Below are positions 27,374 through 38,370 of a stretch of 64,000 bases of DNA, in pieces. Under the pieces are notes generated by a model that ran no database searches, had not been told where the DNA came from, and was given only the letters and a program-made list of their open reading frames with translations. The position numbers were made by a program, and so were the translations under genes. Source of the DNA: Gammaproteobacteria bacterium (lineage in GTDB: Bacteria; Pseudomonadota; Gammaproteobacteria; Pseudomonadales; JAUIET01); the NCBI GenBank assembly GCA_030431775.1, contig JAUIHW010000002.1, positions 131,087 through 195,086 of the forward strand, written 5' to 3'. Every line of letters starts with the position of its first letter. The first letter of the stretch is position 1.

Positions 27374-29074
27374 ATGACCGACCACGATGGCTGTGCAGCC
27401 AAGTTGCAAACTCAGAAGCCAGATCACGCTACCAATTTAAGGGCTGATCAGGCTCTGCATCCAGTCTGGTTTGACCCGAAAATGCCGGAGCGCAAGGATT
27501 GTGTGCTGGGTGAGCTGTTGGAATCAGGTGCAGCGAATCACCCCGAAAGGGTTTTTGCGCGTTTCGAAAATGGCGACAATTGGACTTACAGAGCGACGTT
27601 GCAAAGAGTCCGGAAGCTTGCTGCATCGCTACAGAAGCTTGGTGTCCAAAAAGGCGACTGCGTCTTGGTGTGGCTGCCCAACGGCCCTGACCTCATCCAA
27701 ACGTGGTTCGCCATCAACTATCTTGGTGCCGTTTACGCACCTATTAACACCGCTTACCGAGGTAATCTGCTAGAGCATGTCATCGCTAACTCTGGCGCCA
27801 GCATTATTGTGGCCCACGCCGAATTATGTGAACGTCTTTTCAATTGCAACACGCGTCAACTTGAGACGGTGATCGCTACTGGACCAGGCGCAAAAGTGCC
27901 TGCTCCACTATTGCACCTGACAATCGATCAAGTGCTTTCGAGCTCTGTTGACACGGAGTTGCAACGCGACTTCGGGGTAATGCCTTGGGACACGTTGGCG
28001 ATCATCTATACCTCTGGCACCACTGGGGCATCCAAGGGAATTCTCTGTTCCCATTTGCACTTCTACACAATTGGCTTGCTTGCCGTCGGCTTTATCGAAC
28101 CCGGCGAGCGCTGTCTTGTCAATCTGCCGTTGTTTCACATTGGCGCCGCAGGGGGCGTTTACGGCTCCCTCGCCCGTGGCGCGGGCATCGCCGTGGTCGA
28201 CGGTTTTAATACTGAGAAGTTCTGGGATCAGGTACGCGACTACGATTGCGCCGTGGGGTGCGGGTTGGTTGGGAGCATGGTGACTTTTCTGGCCAGTCGC
28301 CCCGCTGCAGATAACGATCGAGACAATCCATTGCGGCGCATCCTGGTCGCCCCGGTCAACCACATGTTGGTTGATTTGGCCGCGCGGCACGATTTCGAAT
28401 ATTTCACCGGCTTTGGAATGGGAGAGGCACCGATTCCGTTGATCAGCGAACTGAATCCAACCCTGCTTGGGTGCTGCGGCACTTCCCGATCCGGAATCGA
28501 ATGCCGAATAGTCGACAGTCACGACTTGGAAGTTCAACCCGGAGAAACCGGCGAGTTGGTTATCCGCTCAGATCTGCCTTGGTCGATGAACCATGGCTAT
28601 GTAGGTATGCCCGAGGCCACCTGCGACGCCTGGCGTAACGGCTGGTTCCATACTGGCGACGCATTCCGCCAGGACGCTGACGGCAACTACTATTTTGTCG
28701 ATCGCATAAAGGACTCTATTCGCCGGCGTGGTGAAAACATCAGCTCAGTCGAAGTTGAAGCTGCCGTCATGCAGCACCCGACGGTGCAGGATGCAGCGGC
28801 AATTCCAGTACCCAGCGACCTGGGTGAGGACGAAGTCATGATTGTCGTTCAGCCTCGTGAAGGAGAGCAAGTAGTAGCGCAGGAGTTGATCCAGTTGTTG
28901 TCTGAAATCCTGCCGTACTTTATGGTTCCGCGCTACATCCGTATTATGAGTGACCTGCCGAAAACGCCGACCAACAAGGTGCGCAAATTTTTATTGCGCG
29001 AGCAAGGGGTCACCAAAGATACCTGGGACCGTGAAGCGGCTGGCATAAAGCTCAAACGCGAAAAACTAAGCTAA
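27374..29074 (+). CDS. AMP-dependent acyl-CoA ligase (CaiC-like)
   Basis: IYTSGTTGASKG, GWFHTGD and LPKTPTNKVRK. The start is uncertain: the ORF track begins at 27284, but that overlaps the promoter/operator, and alignment with the paralogue at 31268 favours a downstream ATG. Confidence 0.85.
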   Translation: MTDHDGCAAKLQTQKPDHATNLRADQALHPVWFDPKMPERKDCVLGELLESGAANHPERVFARFENGDNWTYRATLQRVRKLAASLQKLGVQKGDCVLVWLPNGPDLIQTWFAINYLGAVYAPINTAYRGNLLEHVIANSGASIIVAHAELCERLFNCNTRQLETVIATGPGAKVPAPLLHLTIDQVLSSSVDTELQRDFGVMPWDTLAIIYTSGTTGASKGILCSHLHFYTIGLLAVGFIEPGERCLVNLPLFHIGAAGGVYGSLARGAGIAVVDGFNTEKFWDQVRDYDCAVGCGLVGSMVTFLASRPAADNDRDNPLRRILVAPVNHMLVDLAARHDFEYFTGFGMGEAPIPLISELNPTLLGCCGTSRSGIECRIVDSHDLEVQPGETGELVIRSDLPWSMNHGYVGMPEATCDAWRNGWFHTGDAFRQDADGNYYFVDRIKDSIRRRGENISSVEVEAAVMQHPTVQDAAAIPVPSDLGEDEVMIVVQPREGEQVVAQELIQLLSEILPYFMVPRYIRIMSDLPKTPTNKVRKFLLREQGVTKDTWDREAAGIKLKREKLS

Positions 29075-29188
29075 CTTATCGGTGGTAATTGAAGCGCCTG
29101 ACCACGGAGTGCTGAAGGACGACCTTGAATTTGCGCAACAGATATCCAAGAGTGGCGAATTCATCAGCCCTCACGAACGGAAGCCTGA

Positions 29189-29878
29189 ATGATGAAATTG
29201 ATCAGTGACATTGATGAGGTATTGACCACGACGCGTGCAGTCCGCCGCCGTCTGAACTTTGACAAGCCGGTAGAGCGCGAGCTGGTTGAAGAATGTCTCC
29301 GCCTTGCGCAGCAGGCGACCATGGGCTCTAACCTTGAGGATTGGCGTTTTGTGGCCGTATCGGAACCAGAACAAAAAGCACGAGTCGCTGCATTGTATCG
29401 AGACACCTGGGAGCAAACTGTAGAAATTCCTTTGCGCGAACGGCGCCCGGACACGGTAACCAGGCTCGATCCAGGGGTGCGCTCGAACGAAGAAGCACAG
29501 GCGCGCCAACAACGTGTTCTGAAAAGCGTTAAATACCTGGTCGACAATCTTGAACGCGTGCCTGTGATAATGTTCGCCTGCAGTGCCAAGCCAGTCCCGG
29601 ACACGGCACTGGGTGACCGCGCTTCAGGTTACTATGGTTCGATCATTCCAATCGCCTGGTCGTTCATGCTGGCGCTGCGCAGCCGTGGTCTTGGCTCAGT
29701 AATGGCGACAGCGATAGTATTCCATAGCGAGCGGCTGTCTGAAGTTTTGGAACTGCCGGAAGGAACCCATCCAATCACGATGATTCCTGTGGCCTATACG
29801 GACACCCTCGATTTTAAGCCTGCTCCACGAAGACCACTGGAAGAAATTCTGAGATGGGAACGCTGGGGAAGCGAGTAG
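29189..29878 (+). CDS. nitroreductase-family protein
   Basis: TTRAVRRRLNFDKPVERELVEECLRLAQQATMGSNLEDWRF is a typical nitroreductase N-terminus. Confidence 0.75.
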   Translation: MMKLISDIDEVLTTTRAVRRRLNFDKPVERELVEECLRLAQQATMGSNLEDWRFVAVSEPEQKARVAALYRDTWEQTVEIPLRERRPDTVTRLDPGVRSNEEAQARQQRVLKSVKYLVDNLERVPVIMFACSAKPVPDTALGDRASGYYGSIIPIAWSFMLALRSRGLGSVMATAIVFHSERLSEVLELPEGTHPITMIPVAYTDTLDFKPAPRRPLEEILRWERWGSE

Positions 29879-29988
29879 TATCGCACGAGTGCGCGAACAG
29901 CCTCCTAAGCGACTGCCTGAGAGCCACATGCTTGCTAAATTAATAGCCAGTAAAATTTTCAGAATCAATTGATCACAGGACCAGGAAA

Positions 29989-31146
29989 TTGACCAGCATT
30001 ATCACGCCTGATAATGAGATTGCAGTTACGGCGGGTCTCTTCGGCATTGTCTATGTCGGATTACTGGCAGAACGAACAGAGTTGGGTCGTAAAATCTCGG
30101 CGCCGCTAATTGCGCTCGCTGGAGGCATGCTGCTATCCAATACAAAGATTTTACCATTCCAATCGTCAGCCTATGAGTTTGTTATTGGATATATGGTGCC
30201 AATCGCCATTCCCCTATTGTTACTCAATGCTGATGTTAAACGGATATTTAGAGAGACCGGACCGACGTTGATTGCTTTTCTGGCAGGCGTTGTCGGTACA
30301 ATGCTCGGCACCATAGCAGGGTTTGCATTGATCGACATCGGCCCCGAGACCCACAAAGTCTTCAGCGTACTTGCCGCGACCTATGTAGGCGGCTCTTTTA
30401 ACTTTGTCGCTGTTTCACAAGCCCTCGCTATCGAAGACGCTACTCTTATTGCTTCAGCAGCAACAGCACAGGGGATTGGCGCTTTGCTCTATCTGAGCCT
30501 GTTGATAATGGCGCCGAGCTTCGGGTTTATGTGCAAGCTTTACCCCTCCAAGCAAGACAAATCATCAGATAAAATCTGTACTACTGACTCAAATGGGGCT
30601 GTCCAAGCCGAGACTTATGGTGCTGCTTCAACGGTCAACGTGCCAGCCTGTATTACTTTCAGCTTAATAATTTGTGCGGTCAGTTTCGGGGCTGCAGACC
30701 AGTTCGGAATCCCAAAGTTCAAGATATTGATCATTACAACTATCACCGTAATTCTGGCGTCCTCGGCCCCCGGTTTTATGCGCAAATTTTCAGGAGGTGA
30801 AAATATTGGCCTATTCTTCGTTTATGTCTTTATCGCTGCCGTTGGTGCCCAGTCCAATGTCTGGCAACTCGCCGGCACGACATCAGTCCTTGTCGGGTTT
30901 CTCGCGATTTTACTCACAGTACATGCCAGCTGTGTCCTGGTTGTTGGCCGACTGTTCAAACTAACGCTTCCGGAAATAATCACCGGTTCCAATGCTTGCG
31001 CGCTGGGAGCCACAACGGCTGCCGCGATAGCAGCGGGAAAGCGTTGGCATGGGCTTGTGACTCCCGGTATTCTCAGTGGAATTCTTGGCTACGTCATCGC
31101 TAATTTTATTGGCATTGGGCTCGCTGCATTTCTCGGGTCTTGGTGA
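29989..31146 (+). CDS. polytopic membrane protein (DUF819-like)
   Basis: 385 aa and highly hydrophobic with multiple TM segments. The N-terminus GLLAERTELGRKISAPLIALAGGMLLSN resembles DUF819 as I recall it. Confidence 0.55.
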   Translation: MTSIITPDNEIAVTAGLFGIVYVGLLAERTELGRKISAPLIALAGGMLLSNTKILPFQSSAYEFVIGYMVPIAIPLLLLNADVKRIFRETGPTLIAFLAGVVGTMLGTIAGFALIDIGPETHKVFSVLAATYVGGSFNFVAVSQALAIEDATLIASAATAQGIGALLYLSLLIMAPSFGFMCKLYPSKQDKSSDKICTTDSNGAVQAETYGAASTVNVPACITFSLIICAVSFGAADQFGIPKFKILIITTITVILASSAPGFMRKFSGGENIGLFFVYVFIAAVGAQSNVWQLAGTTSVLVGFLAILLTVHASCVLVVGRLFKLTLPEIITGSNACALGATTAAAIAAGKRWHGLVTPGILSGILGYVIANFIGIGLAAFLGSW

Positions 31147-31267
31147 TAGCCTGGATGAGATGCTGCACGTCCATAGTCTCTCATTAAGCAGCTTGTCATC
31201 GATCAAAACTAGACAAAAGTCTCTGTTACTTGAATAATGCTAATACTGAGAAGCTGCTTGCCGACTT

Positions 31268-32881
31268 ATGATGCATTCACCGCCCTGGTTCGTTCCTGAC
31301 TTTCCACAAGCTGATCAATGCGTAATCAGCCATCTGATCTCAGAAGCCGACCAGAAATGTCCACAAAAAGTCTTTGCAGTTTTTGAAGATGGCAGCGAAC
31401 TGAATTACCAGGGGTTGAAGCGGCAGGTTGATGCTTATTGCGAGTGGTTATTATCGCTTGGCGTGGTACCGGGCGATCGTGTGCTGGTCTGGCTTCCGAA
31501 TTGCGAGCCATTACTACTGGCGTGGTTTGCAATCAATTCTCTTGGCGCGGTCTGCGTGCCTCTCAATACCGCGGCACGCGGCGACTACCTCGCCCATATC
31601 ATTGCCAATTCCGGTGCCAGGTTAATGCTTGCCCACCAGGGCCTTTGTATGCGACTTGCAGACATCGATACCGGGCCATTAACCGATGTTGCTGCCTTTC
31701 CAGCAGCCGGTATGGACCTACCCGGAATCAATTTTCACACGGAACCAGCGTCCACCAGTTTCCAGGAAACACCGTCACTGCCTGAACTCTCGCCGTGGGA
31801 TCCCTCGATGATTATCTATACATCGGGTACGACCGGTCCATCTAAAGGTGTTCTCACCACCTATTTCCACCTGTATTTGATCGCGGCCGTAGCTTACGGC
31901 TACATGCAGGAAGAAGATCGGATGCTGGTCAACTTACCTTTGTTCCATGTTGCAGCAATCGCGTCAGTGTTGGCGGTATTGCGTTGTCGTGGTTCGCTGT
32001 CGCTGCACGAGTCATTCGATGCGAAGCAGTACTGGTCATTAATTTCTGCGCATCAATGTACGGTTGCCTGTGGCCTTGTGGGCACGATGGCACAGTTTCT
32101 GGAGCAGCAACCTGTCCGGGAAAAAGATCTGGAAAATCCGTTGCGTATGGCGTTGATGTATCCCATTTCCGAGCAGACCATCCGTCTGGCGAAACGTTAT
32201 GGATTTCATTACGTCAGTGGCTTTGGTACGACTGAATTGCCGATGCCACTGATAACCGATGTAGACTGCGAAGTCACCGGCAGCTGCGGCAAGGTTCGCT
32301 CCGGCCTTCAGTGGCGTCTTGTCGATGAGCACGATATCGAGGTCCCAAGGGGTTCAGTTGGCGAACTGGTCATACGACCCGATCAGCCCTGGTCGGTTAT
32401 GAATCACTACCATGCAATGCCCGAGGCCAGTGCTGAGGTTTGGCGAAACGGCTGGTTTCACAGCGGCGATCTTTTTCGCGAGGGTGAATTTGGCTACCTA
32501 TATTACGTTGACCGACGTAGCGACTTCATTCGACGACGGGGTGAAAACGTGTCGTCATTTCAGATCGAGAACCGCGCCTGCTCATTCGCAGGCATTCAGG
32601 AGGCAGCTGCAGTAGGCGTGGAAGCAGAACATGGAGAAGAAGAAATCCTGCTTGTTGTCTGCACAAAAGATACGACGTTCGGCGATCCATTGGGCCTTTT
32701 TGAATACTTAAGAGAGCATCTGCCACACTTTATGTTGCCCCGCTACATCAGAGTAATGGAAGCACTACCGAAGACGCCAACTAGCAAGGTCCAAAAGCAC
32801 TTGCTGCGCAACTCAGGACTGACGGGAAACGTCTGGGATCGAGTGGAGGCTGGAATTGTCGTGAAACGAGAACGGCTATAA
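31268..32881 (+). CDS. AMP-dependent acyl-CoA ligase (paralogue of 27374..29074)
   Basis: IIYTSGTTGPSKG, GWFHSGD and LPKTPTSKVQK. Collinear similarity to the first ligase. Confidence 0.85.
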   Translation: MMHSPPWFVPDFPQADQCVISHLISEADQKCPQKVFAVFEDGSELNYQGLKRQVDAYCEWLLSLGVVPGDRVLVWLPNCEPLLLAWFAINSLGAVCVPLNTAARGDYLAHIIANSGARLMLAHQGLCMRLADIDTGPLTDVAAFPAAGMDLPGINFHTEPASTSFQETPSLPELSPWDPSMIIYTSGTTGPSKGVLTTYFHLYLIAAVAYGYMQEEDRMLVNLPLFHVAAIASVLAVLRCRGSLSLHESFDAKQYWSLISAHQCTVACGLVGTMAQFLEQQPVREKDLENPLRMALMYPISEQTIRLAKRYGFHYVSGFGTTELPMPLITDVDCEVTGSCGKVRSGLQWRLVDEHDIEVPRGSVGELVIRPDQPWSVMNHYHAMPEASAEVWRNGWFHSGDLFREGEFGYLYYVDRRSDFIRRRGENVSSFQIENRACSFAGIQEAAAVGVEAEHGEEEILLVVCTKDTTFGDPLGLFEYLREHLPHFMLPRYIRVMEALPKTPTSKVQKHLLRNSGLTGNVWDRVEAGIVVKRERL

Positions 32882-33013
32882 AAATGAAAATCAGCGAAGA
32901 TCATCGTTTTGACCTACCCAGTCTTACCTGCATATACCTGGCTTTGCACTGTTGCACCGGCAGTATGGCAACATGATTAAGTCTACCCACCAACTGGCAA
33001 TCAAGGAGTTCAT

Positions 33014-34198
33014 ATGACCCGTGCGGTTATCGTTTCAACTGCTCGTACACCGATAGGCAAAGCTTATCGCGGGGCTTTCAATGATACTAACGGACAAACA
33101 CTGGGAGCCCATGCGATTCACCATGCAGTGGAACGGGCGGGCCTAGAGCCTGGAGAGGTTGAGGATGTGGCGCTGGGCTGCGGGAATCCTGAGGGTTCCA
33201 CCGGGCAAAATGTCGCTCGCCAAAGTGCGTTGAAAGCCGGATTACCGGTCACAACGTCGGGAGTAACGATCAATAGATTCTGCTCTTCCGGCCTCCAGGC
33301 CATCGCGACAATTGCGGGTCGCATATGCAATGAGGGAGTGCCAATTGCTGTGGCCGGTGGCGTCGAATCCGTCAGCCTGGTTTACAACGAACACTACAAT
33401 ACCTATCGCGCTCAAGATGAAGAATTGCTTGCCATGCACCCAAATATCTACGCTTCAATGATTCAAACTGCGGAAACGGTCGCGGCGCGCTATCACATCG
33501 ACAGAGACGCTCAAGATGAATTTAGCCTTCAGAGTGAGCAGCGCACTGCGGCTGCTCAACGTGCCGGCGCCTTTGATGCAGAGATTGTTCCACTCAGGTC
33601 GCGCAAGCTGGTTCAGGACAAAGAGACCGGCGAAGAGTTTGTTCAGGAAGTAACGCTGAAGCAGGACGAGGGCAATCGGCCAGATGCCACACTCGAAGGG
33701 CTGAAGGCGTTGAAACCCGTCATCGACAACGGAACTGTAACCGCTGGAAATGCCAGTCAGCTTTCTGATGGCGCTTCTGCATGCGTGCTAATGGACGAGC
33801 GGCTCGCGGAGCAACGAGGCATTACTCCGCTGGGCCGTTTCATAGGATTCGCGGTTGCGGGCTGTGAGCCTGACGAGATGGGCATTGGGCCAGTGTTCGC
33901 CGTCCCTCGCTTGTTGAATCGAACGGGCATGCGCATGGAAGATATAGGTCTCTGGGAACTCAATGAGGCTTTCGCTGTGCAGGTACTATATTGCCGAGAT
34001 CAGCTTGGCATTCCTAACGATATGCTCAATGTGAACGGTGGCGCTATTGCGCTAGGTCACCCCTTTGGAATGAGCGGCGCCCGCATGGTAGGGCATGCGT
34101 TAATCGAAGGTAAACGCCGGAACGTCCGCTACGTGGTAGTCACTATGTGCGTCGGTACTGGCATGGGCGCAGCCGGACTCTTTGAGGTGCTTGGATGA
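33014..34198 (+). CDS. acetyl-CoA C-acyltransferase (thiolase)
   Basis: [10 protein letters not shown] (active-site Cys), [17 protein letters not shown] and [10 protein letters not shown]. Confidence 0.9.
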   Translation: MTRAVIVSTARTPIGKAYRGAFNDTNGQTLGAHAIHHAVERAGLEPGEVEDVALGCGNPEGSTGQNVARQSALKAGLPVTTSGVTINRFCSSGLQAIATIAGRICNEGVPIAVAGGVESVSLVYNEHYNTYRAQDEELLAMHPNIYASMIQTAETVAARYHIDRDAQDEFSLQSEQRTAAAQRAGAFDAEIVPLRSRKLVQDKETGEEFVQEVTLKQDEGNRPDATLEGLKALKPVIDNGTVTAGNASQLSDGASACVLMDERLAEQRGITPLGRFIGFAVAGCEPDEMGIGPVFAVPRLLNRTGMRMEDIGLWELNEAFAVQVLYCRDQLGIPNDMLNVNGGAIALGHPFGMSGARMVGHALIEGKRRNVRYVVVTMCVGTGMGAAGLFEVLG

Positions 34199-34644
34199 GT
34201 ATTGCAGATATCGAATCACTGGTCGGGGAATCCTCTCCACCTGGCGACTGGCTGACAGTAACTCAAGACATGATCGTTGAGTTTGCTGACTTAACGGGAG
34301 ACCATCAGTGGATTCACCTGGATGTGGACCGTTGCCGCCGGGAGTCACCCTATGGCACGACAGTAGCCCATGGCATGTTGATCCAATCTCTGATTCCGAA
34401 GCTACTGGGCGCGACTCCTAGCTGGATGGCCGGTTTCAGTGCAGGAATCAATCTAGGCAGCGACAAAGTCAGATTCACCAACCCTGTGCGTACCGGTAGT
34501 CGAATCAGGGCGAGCTGGACCGTCTCTAACGTCGCAGATGCCGGCGACGCGGCGGTACGCATGATTATCTGCGTTACCGTCGAGGTTGAGGGAGAGAGCA
34601 AACCTGCGTGCATTGCTGAGCTGGTGAGCGTTCTCTACCCGTAA
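34195..34644 (+). CDS. MaoC-like (R)-specific enoyl-CoA hydratase
   Basis: [11 protein letters not shown] hydratase motif, hotdog size (149 aa), 4-nt overlap with the thiolase gene. Confidence 0.8.
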   Translation: MSIADIESLVGESSPPGDWLTVTQDMIVEFADLTGDHQWIHLDVDRCRRESPYGTTVAHGMLIQSLIPKLLGATPSWMAGFSAGINLGSDKVRFTNPVRTGSRIRASWTVSNVADAGDAAVRMIICVTVEVEGESKPACIAELVSVLYP

Positions 34645-35642
34645 CCAGATACGTCAAGCAACTCGCGCACCCAGCCAACCGCATAGGTGAAGTCTCCTGG
34701 GTTAACGATTGCCGGTCGGCTCGGAGCCATCATTAATAATGGCTGATCCCGGACTTCGAATTGCCGCTCAAGTCCCGGCCCCCAGAGATCGAAACCTTCA
34801 CCGTTCCCGGTAATCTCGCCAGGTCCTTCGATGATAAATTCCTCCATACGCGCGCCGGTCACGACGTTCGTGATCCAGCCAATTGGACCCGGCGCAACCG
34901 GCTGGCCCAAGTCGGCCGGACTATAGCGTCCATCCAGCACTCCATTGTGCGATGCCAGAAAGACTTTCACTTGGTCGAGAATCGGGACTTTGTCTGGCCC
35001 CGTCCGTTCACCCGTCAGGTGGCCACGATACCGCAAGGTATTGAGGCAGCCAGCGATTCCCGGTTCCGGATCATTGAGCTCAGCACCGCCGAATTCCGCC
35101 AGGAATGAGCTACCGCCCGCGGCAACGACCGCCTGGCTAAGCTGGCCAGGAACATGCCTATCAACAACAACCGGCAGATAGCCAAAAGACGCACTCAGAT
35201 GCAGGTCCCCATAGTCATAGGTGTAGTTGAGCGCCCTGGCCGGCGTTCCGGAATGAAGATCGATTACACAGTCGACCCGTTCTAGCAAGGAAGTCACGAG
35301 GGTATGCGCGATCTGGTCCGTCAGAAAACCAGAGGGCTTGCCGGGAAATCTTCGATTGAGCTCCAACAGATCGGGGTTTTGTCGGGTACCGACCTGCAGA
35401 CCGAACGGATTTGCCGCTGGTACCAAGATAACAGCACCTGCTAAGTCTGCAGATTCGAGGCGCCGTCCTAGTTCATGCAGCGCCAATACAGCAAGCGGCT
35501 TGTCGCCGATAACTCCGGCAACAATGGCGGTCGCCGGCCCAGGCCTGCTCCCCTTGAATTCATGACACCGAATAGTCCATCGGTCGCCACCGATGCGTCG
35601 CCCAGGGACTTCGATATCCCAGGATCGAACGGTAACGCTCAT
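34635..35642 (-). CDS. succinylglutamate desuccinylase/aspartoacylase (AstE/AspA, M14-like) family protein, atypical
   Basis: VILVPAANPFG, LNRRFPG and IDLHSG family motifs. The canonical HG.E zinc motif reads AGVIGDK. Confidence 0.65.
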   Translation of the reverse strand: MSVTVRSWDIEVPGRRIGGDRWTIRCHEFKGSRPGPATAIVAGVIGDKPLAVLALHELGRRLESADLAGAVILVPAANPFGLQVGTRQNPDLLELNRRFPGKPSGFLTDQIAHTLVTSLLERVDCVIDLHSGTPARALNYTYDYGDLHLSASFGYLPVVVDRHVPGQLSQAVVAAGGSSFLAEFGGAELNDPEPGIAGCLNTLRYRGHLTGERTGPDKVPILDQVKVFLASHNGVLDGRYSPADLGQPVAPGPIGWITNVVTGARMEEFIIEGPGEITGNGEGFDLWGPGLERQFEVRDQPLLMMAPSRPAIVNPGDFTYAVGWVRELLDVSGYG

Positions 35643-36697
35643 CAGTCGACACCAGCGAAACGTGGAATGATATCTCGACCGATTCGGTCGATCACTTTCA
35701 GCGTCTGTTCTGGAGAAGGTCCACCTTGGAAGCGCAATCTCAGAACGATTTCTTCCGGCTTGATGGACTCAATCCATCGCTCAAGGTTTTCGATCCAGGT
35801 GTCCACAGAACCCACGAGCAGCCTATCCTCCAAAAGTTGGTCAAGCGAGAGCTGCTGCTTGTCCTCAATATCTTTTAACCAAGGATCTACGCGCACGTCG
35901 TATGGCTTGCCTTCAGAACCGTCCGTGGTCTTCCATCCGCCCTTCATGCGCGGAAAGTACTCGCCATGGGCCTGAACAACGGCCGGGCCATACTCAGAAC
36001 GCGCCTGTTCGTCAGTATCAGCCAACCAGGCTTCTCTTAACATTGCTACACGCGGTGTCTTGCTGTGTTTCTTGCATTCATTACGATAAAGGTCGGCAAG
36101 TTCGGCGACCACCGCCCCAGTGCGCATGGGGTCGGGGAGCCAACCATCAGCAAGACTTGCTGCACGGCGTACTCCCGCTTTAGCCCAGGCTCCGACCCAA
36201 ACCTCTGGCCGATGATTCCCCATGGCAGGGTCTAGAGCTGGTATGGGCCCTCGACCAACGTCTATCGATATCTCCCCGTTTCGAAACGCGTTGATCATTT
36301 CCAGACCTTCTTTCATAGACTTGCCGCGGTCTTTGAGATCTTTTCCGAAAAGCTGGAAAGCATGCTCGTTATAGCCCGCACCGACGCCAAGGCGGAATCG
36401 ATCTGGAAAGATAGAGTTGAGTACGCTTGCGTCCTGAATCACTTGTATTGGATCGCGCAGCGGTAACTGGACTACCATGATCGCAAATCGCAGGCGGGTC
36501 GTTTGCGCAAGCGCAAGCGCCGCGAGAATATGGGGGCTGGTATTGTAGGCCGTGACGCCAATACGACGCTCGCCGACAACAGCCGCAAAGAAGCCGGCAC
36601 GCTCTGCAGCCTGGCATTCAGAGACAAAACTGTCTATATCGTATTGATAGTTACCGTCTACGATTCTTTGTAACGGTACGGCGATACTGAAACGCAT
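35642..36697 (-). CDS. LLM-class (luciferase-like) flavin-dependent oxidoreductase
   Basis: 351 aa TIM-barrel LLM pattern (FRLGVGAGYNEHAF, VWVGAWAKAGVRRAASLADGWL). The stop overlaps the AstE-like start (TGATG). Confidence 0.8.
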   Translation of the reverse strand: MRFSIAVPLQRIVDGNYQYDIDSFVSECQAAERAGFFAAVVGERRIGVTAYNTSPHILAALALAQTTRLRFAIMVVQLPLRDPIQVIQDASVLNSIFPDRFRLGVGAGYNEHAFQLFGKDLKDRGKSMKEGLEMINAFRNGEISIDVGRGPIPALDPAMGNHRPEVWVGAWAKAGVRRAASLADGWLPDPMRTGAVVAELADLYRNECKKHSKTPRVAMLREAWLADTDEQARSEYGPAVVQAHGEYFPRMKGGWKTTDGSEGKPYDVRVDPWLKDIEDKQQLSLDQLLEDRLLVGSVDTWIENLERWIESIKPEEIVLRLRFQGGPSPEQTLKVIDRIGRDIIPRFAGVD

Positions 36698-36890
36698 CCA
36701 TTCAACCTGGCAACCACCTAAGCTCGCTAGCTATGAATTAGAACAATTCCTCTAGTATAATGCAATAACGGTTGCGCAATGAGCCTGGATGTTCTTACTC
36801 GTTGCACTACGGTAATTCGACAATGCTGCAGTGGCGAGTGATCACCGTCTCAGGGCCAATTAGAATTATCAGCTGCCGCTTAAATACATC

Positions 36891-38354
36891 ATGACGACAA
36901 TCCAAACAAGGGAGACCGATGTGAATGAGCTAGCCAACCACGATGCCATGAGCCTGGCGGCCTTAGTCAAATCCGGTGAAGTATCGGCTGTCGAGCTTCT
37001 CGATAACGCCATCGCAAATGTCGAGACGCTCAATCCGGAAATCAATAGCATCGTCACGCGTATGTACGAGGAGGCGCGCGCGACAATTAAGGCCGGTTTA
37101 CCAGAGGGTCCGCTCCAGGGGGTGCCGTTTCTGCTAAAAGATTTGCGCGCGCTCTACGCCGGCGTTCCAACCACATCAGGTAGCCGTTTCATGACCAACG
37201 CGATACCTAACCACGATTCCGAACTCGTTGCTCGCTATAAACGTGCTGGTCTGGTCATATTTGGTAAGACCAATACGTCTGAATACGGGTGTTGTCCGAG
37301 CACTGAAGGCGCAATGTATGGGGCAACTCGGAACCCCTGGAATACCGGAGTGAGCGCGGGCGGCTCAAGCGGCGGCGCTTCTGCGGCGGTTGCAGCACGT
37401 CTGGTCCCGGCGGCCCATGGATCCGACGGGGGCGGTTCCATTCGTATCCCCGCGTCATGCTGCGGAGTTTTTGGATTCAAGCCATCAAGGGGCTTGTTGC
37501 CCGCGGGACCTGATTACGGGGAAGTCTGGAATGGGCTCAGTGCAGAACACGTTATGACAGTCAGTGTCCGCGACAGCGCTATGTTCCTGGATATTACTGC
37601 CGGCTCCACAGCCGGAGATCCATACTGCGGCCCAACGTTCGAGCGCGCACTGCTTGATGAAGTCACAACCCGCCCTGGTCCATTGCGCATCGCCGTGCAG
37701 CGGGAAGCATTGACTGGCGCGCCAGTTCACGCAGACTGCCTGGCAGCTCTGGACGATGCCGTGACCCTATTGGAGGACCTTGGGCATAACCTGGAAGAAG
37801 CGAAGCCAGAATACGACGTTTCTCAAAGCGGAGCGGCGTTTACGCTGCTGATCGCCGCTAACGTGCAGGGTGCGATTGATCAGCAAGCCGAACTAACCGG
37901 GCGAGAACCAGGCGAAAACGATATCGAACCTGTTATACGTTTTTTGGCCCGTATCGGGCACGATCGAACAGCGGCTGACATGGCACGGGCCATCTGGACG
38001 ATGCACCGTACCGGCAGGGAAATCGCCCCATTTTTCGATCGCTATGATGCGTTGCTGTCTCCGGTGGTTGCAACACCACCGCCGCCCATCGGCACCCTGG
38101 ACACAAGTTCAACCAACGTTGATGCATACCTTGAGGCCGTTTTCAAGTTTATTCCATTTACTTCATTGGCGAACCAGGCAGGGACGCCTGCTATGTCCTT
38201 ACCGCTTTACTGGAATGACGCCGGACTGCCAATCGGAGTCCAGTTGATGGCAGGCTACGGCCGGGATCCGATGTTGTTTCGTCTGGCTGGAGAAATCGAG
38301 GCTGCCCGTCCATGGGCAAACCGCCGCCCACCTATCTGCGCAGCGCCACATTGA
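36891..38354 (+). CDS. amidase (amidase-signature family)
   Basis: GGSSGGASAAVAA and GSDGGGSIRIPAS signature. Confidence 0.9.
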   Translation: MTTIQTRETDVNELANHDAMSLAALVKSGEVSAVELLDNAIANVETLNPEINSIVTRMYEEARATIKAGLPEGPLQGVPFLLKDLRALYAGVPTTSGSRFMTNAIPNHDSELVARYKRAGLVIFGKTNTSEYGCCPSTEGAMYGATRNPWNTGVSAGGSSGGASAAVAARLVPAAHGSDGGGSIRIPASCCGVFGFKPSRGLLPAGPDYGEVWNGLSAEHVMTVSVRDSAMFLDITAGSTAGDPYCGPTFERALLDEVTTRPGPLRIAVQREALTGAPVHADCLAALDDAVTLLEDLGHNLEEAKPEYDVSQSGAAFTLLIAANVQGAIDQQAELTGREPGENDIEPVIRFLARIGHDRTAADMARAIWTMHRTGREIAPFFDRYDALLSPVVATPPPPIGTLDTSSTNVDAYLEAVFKFIPFTSLANQAGTPAMSLPLYWNDAGLPIGVQLMAGYGRDPMLFRLAGEIEAARPWANRRPPICAAPH

Positions 38355-38370
38355 CAATGGCAAGAGCAAA

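Noticed and set aside
27908-28537. 209-aa minus-strand ORF
   Set aside because: It is antisense to the AMP-ligase gene, which carries unambiguous motifs, so this is a shadow ORF.
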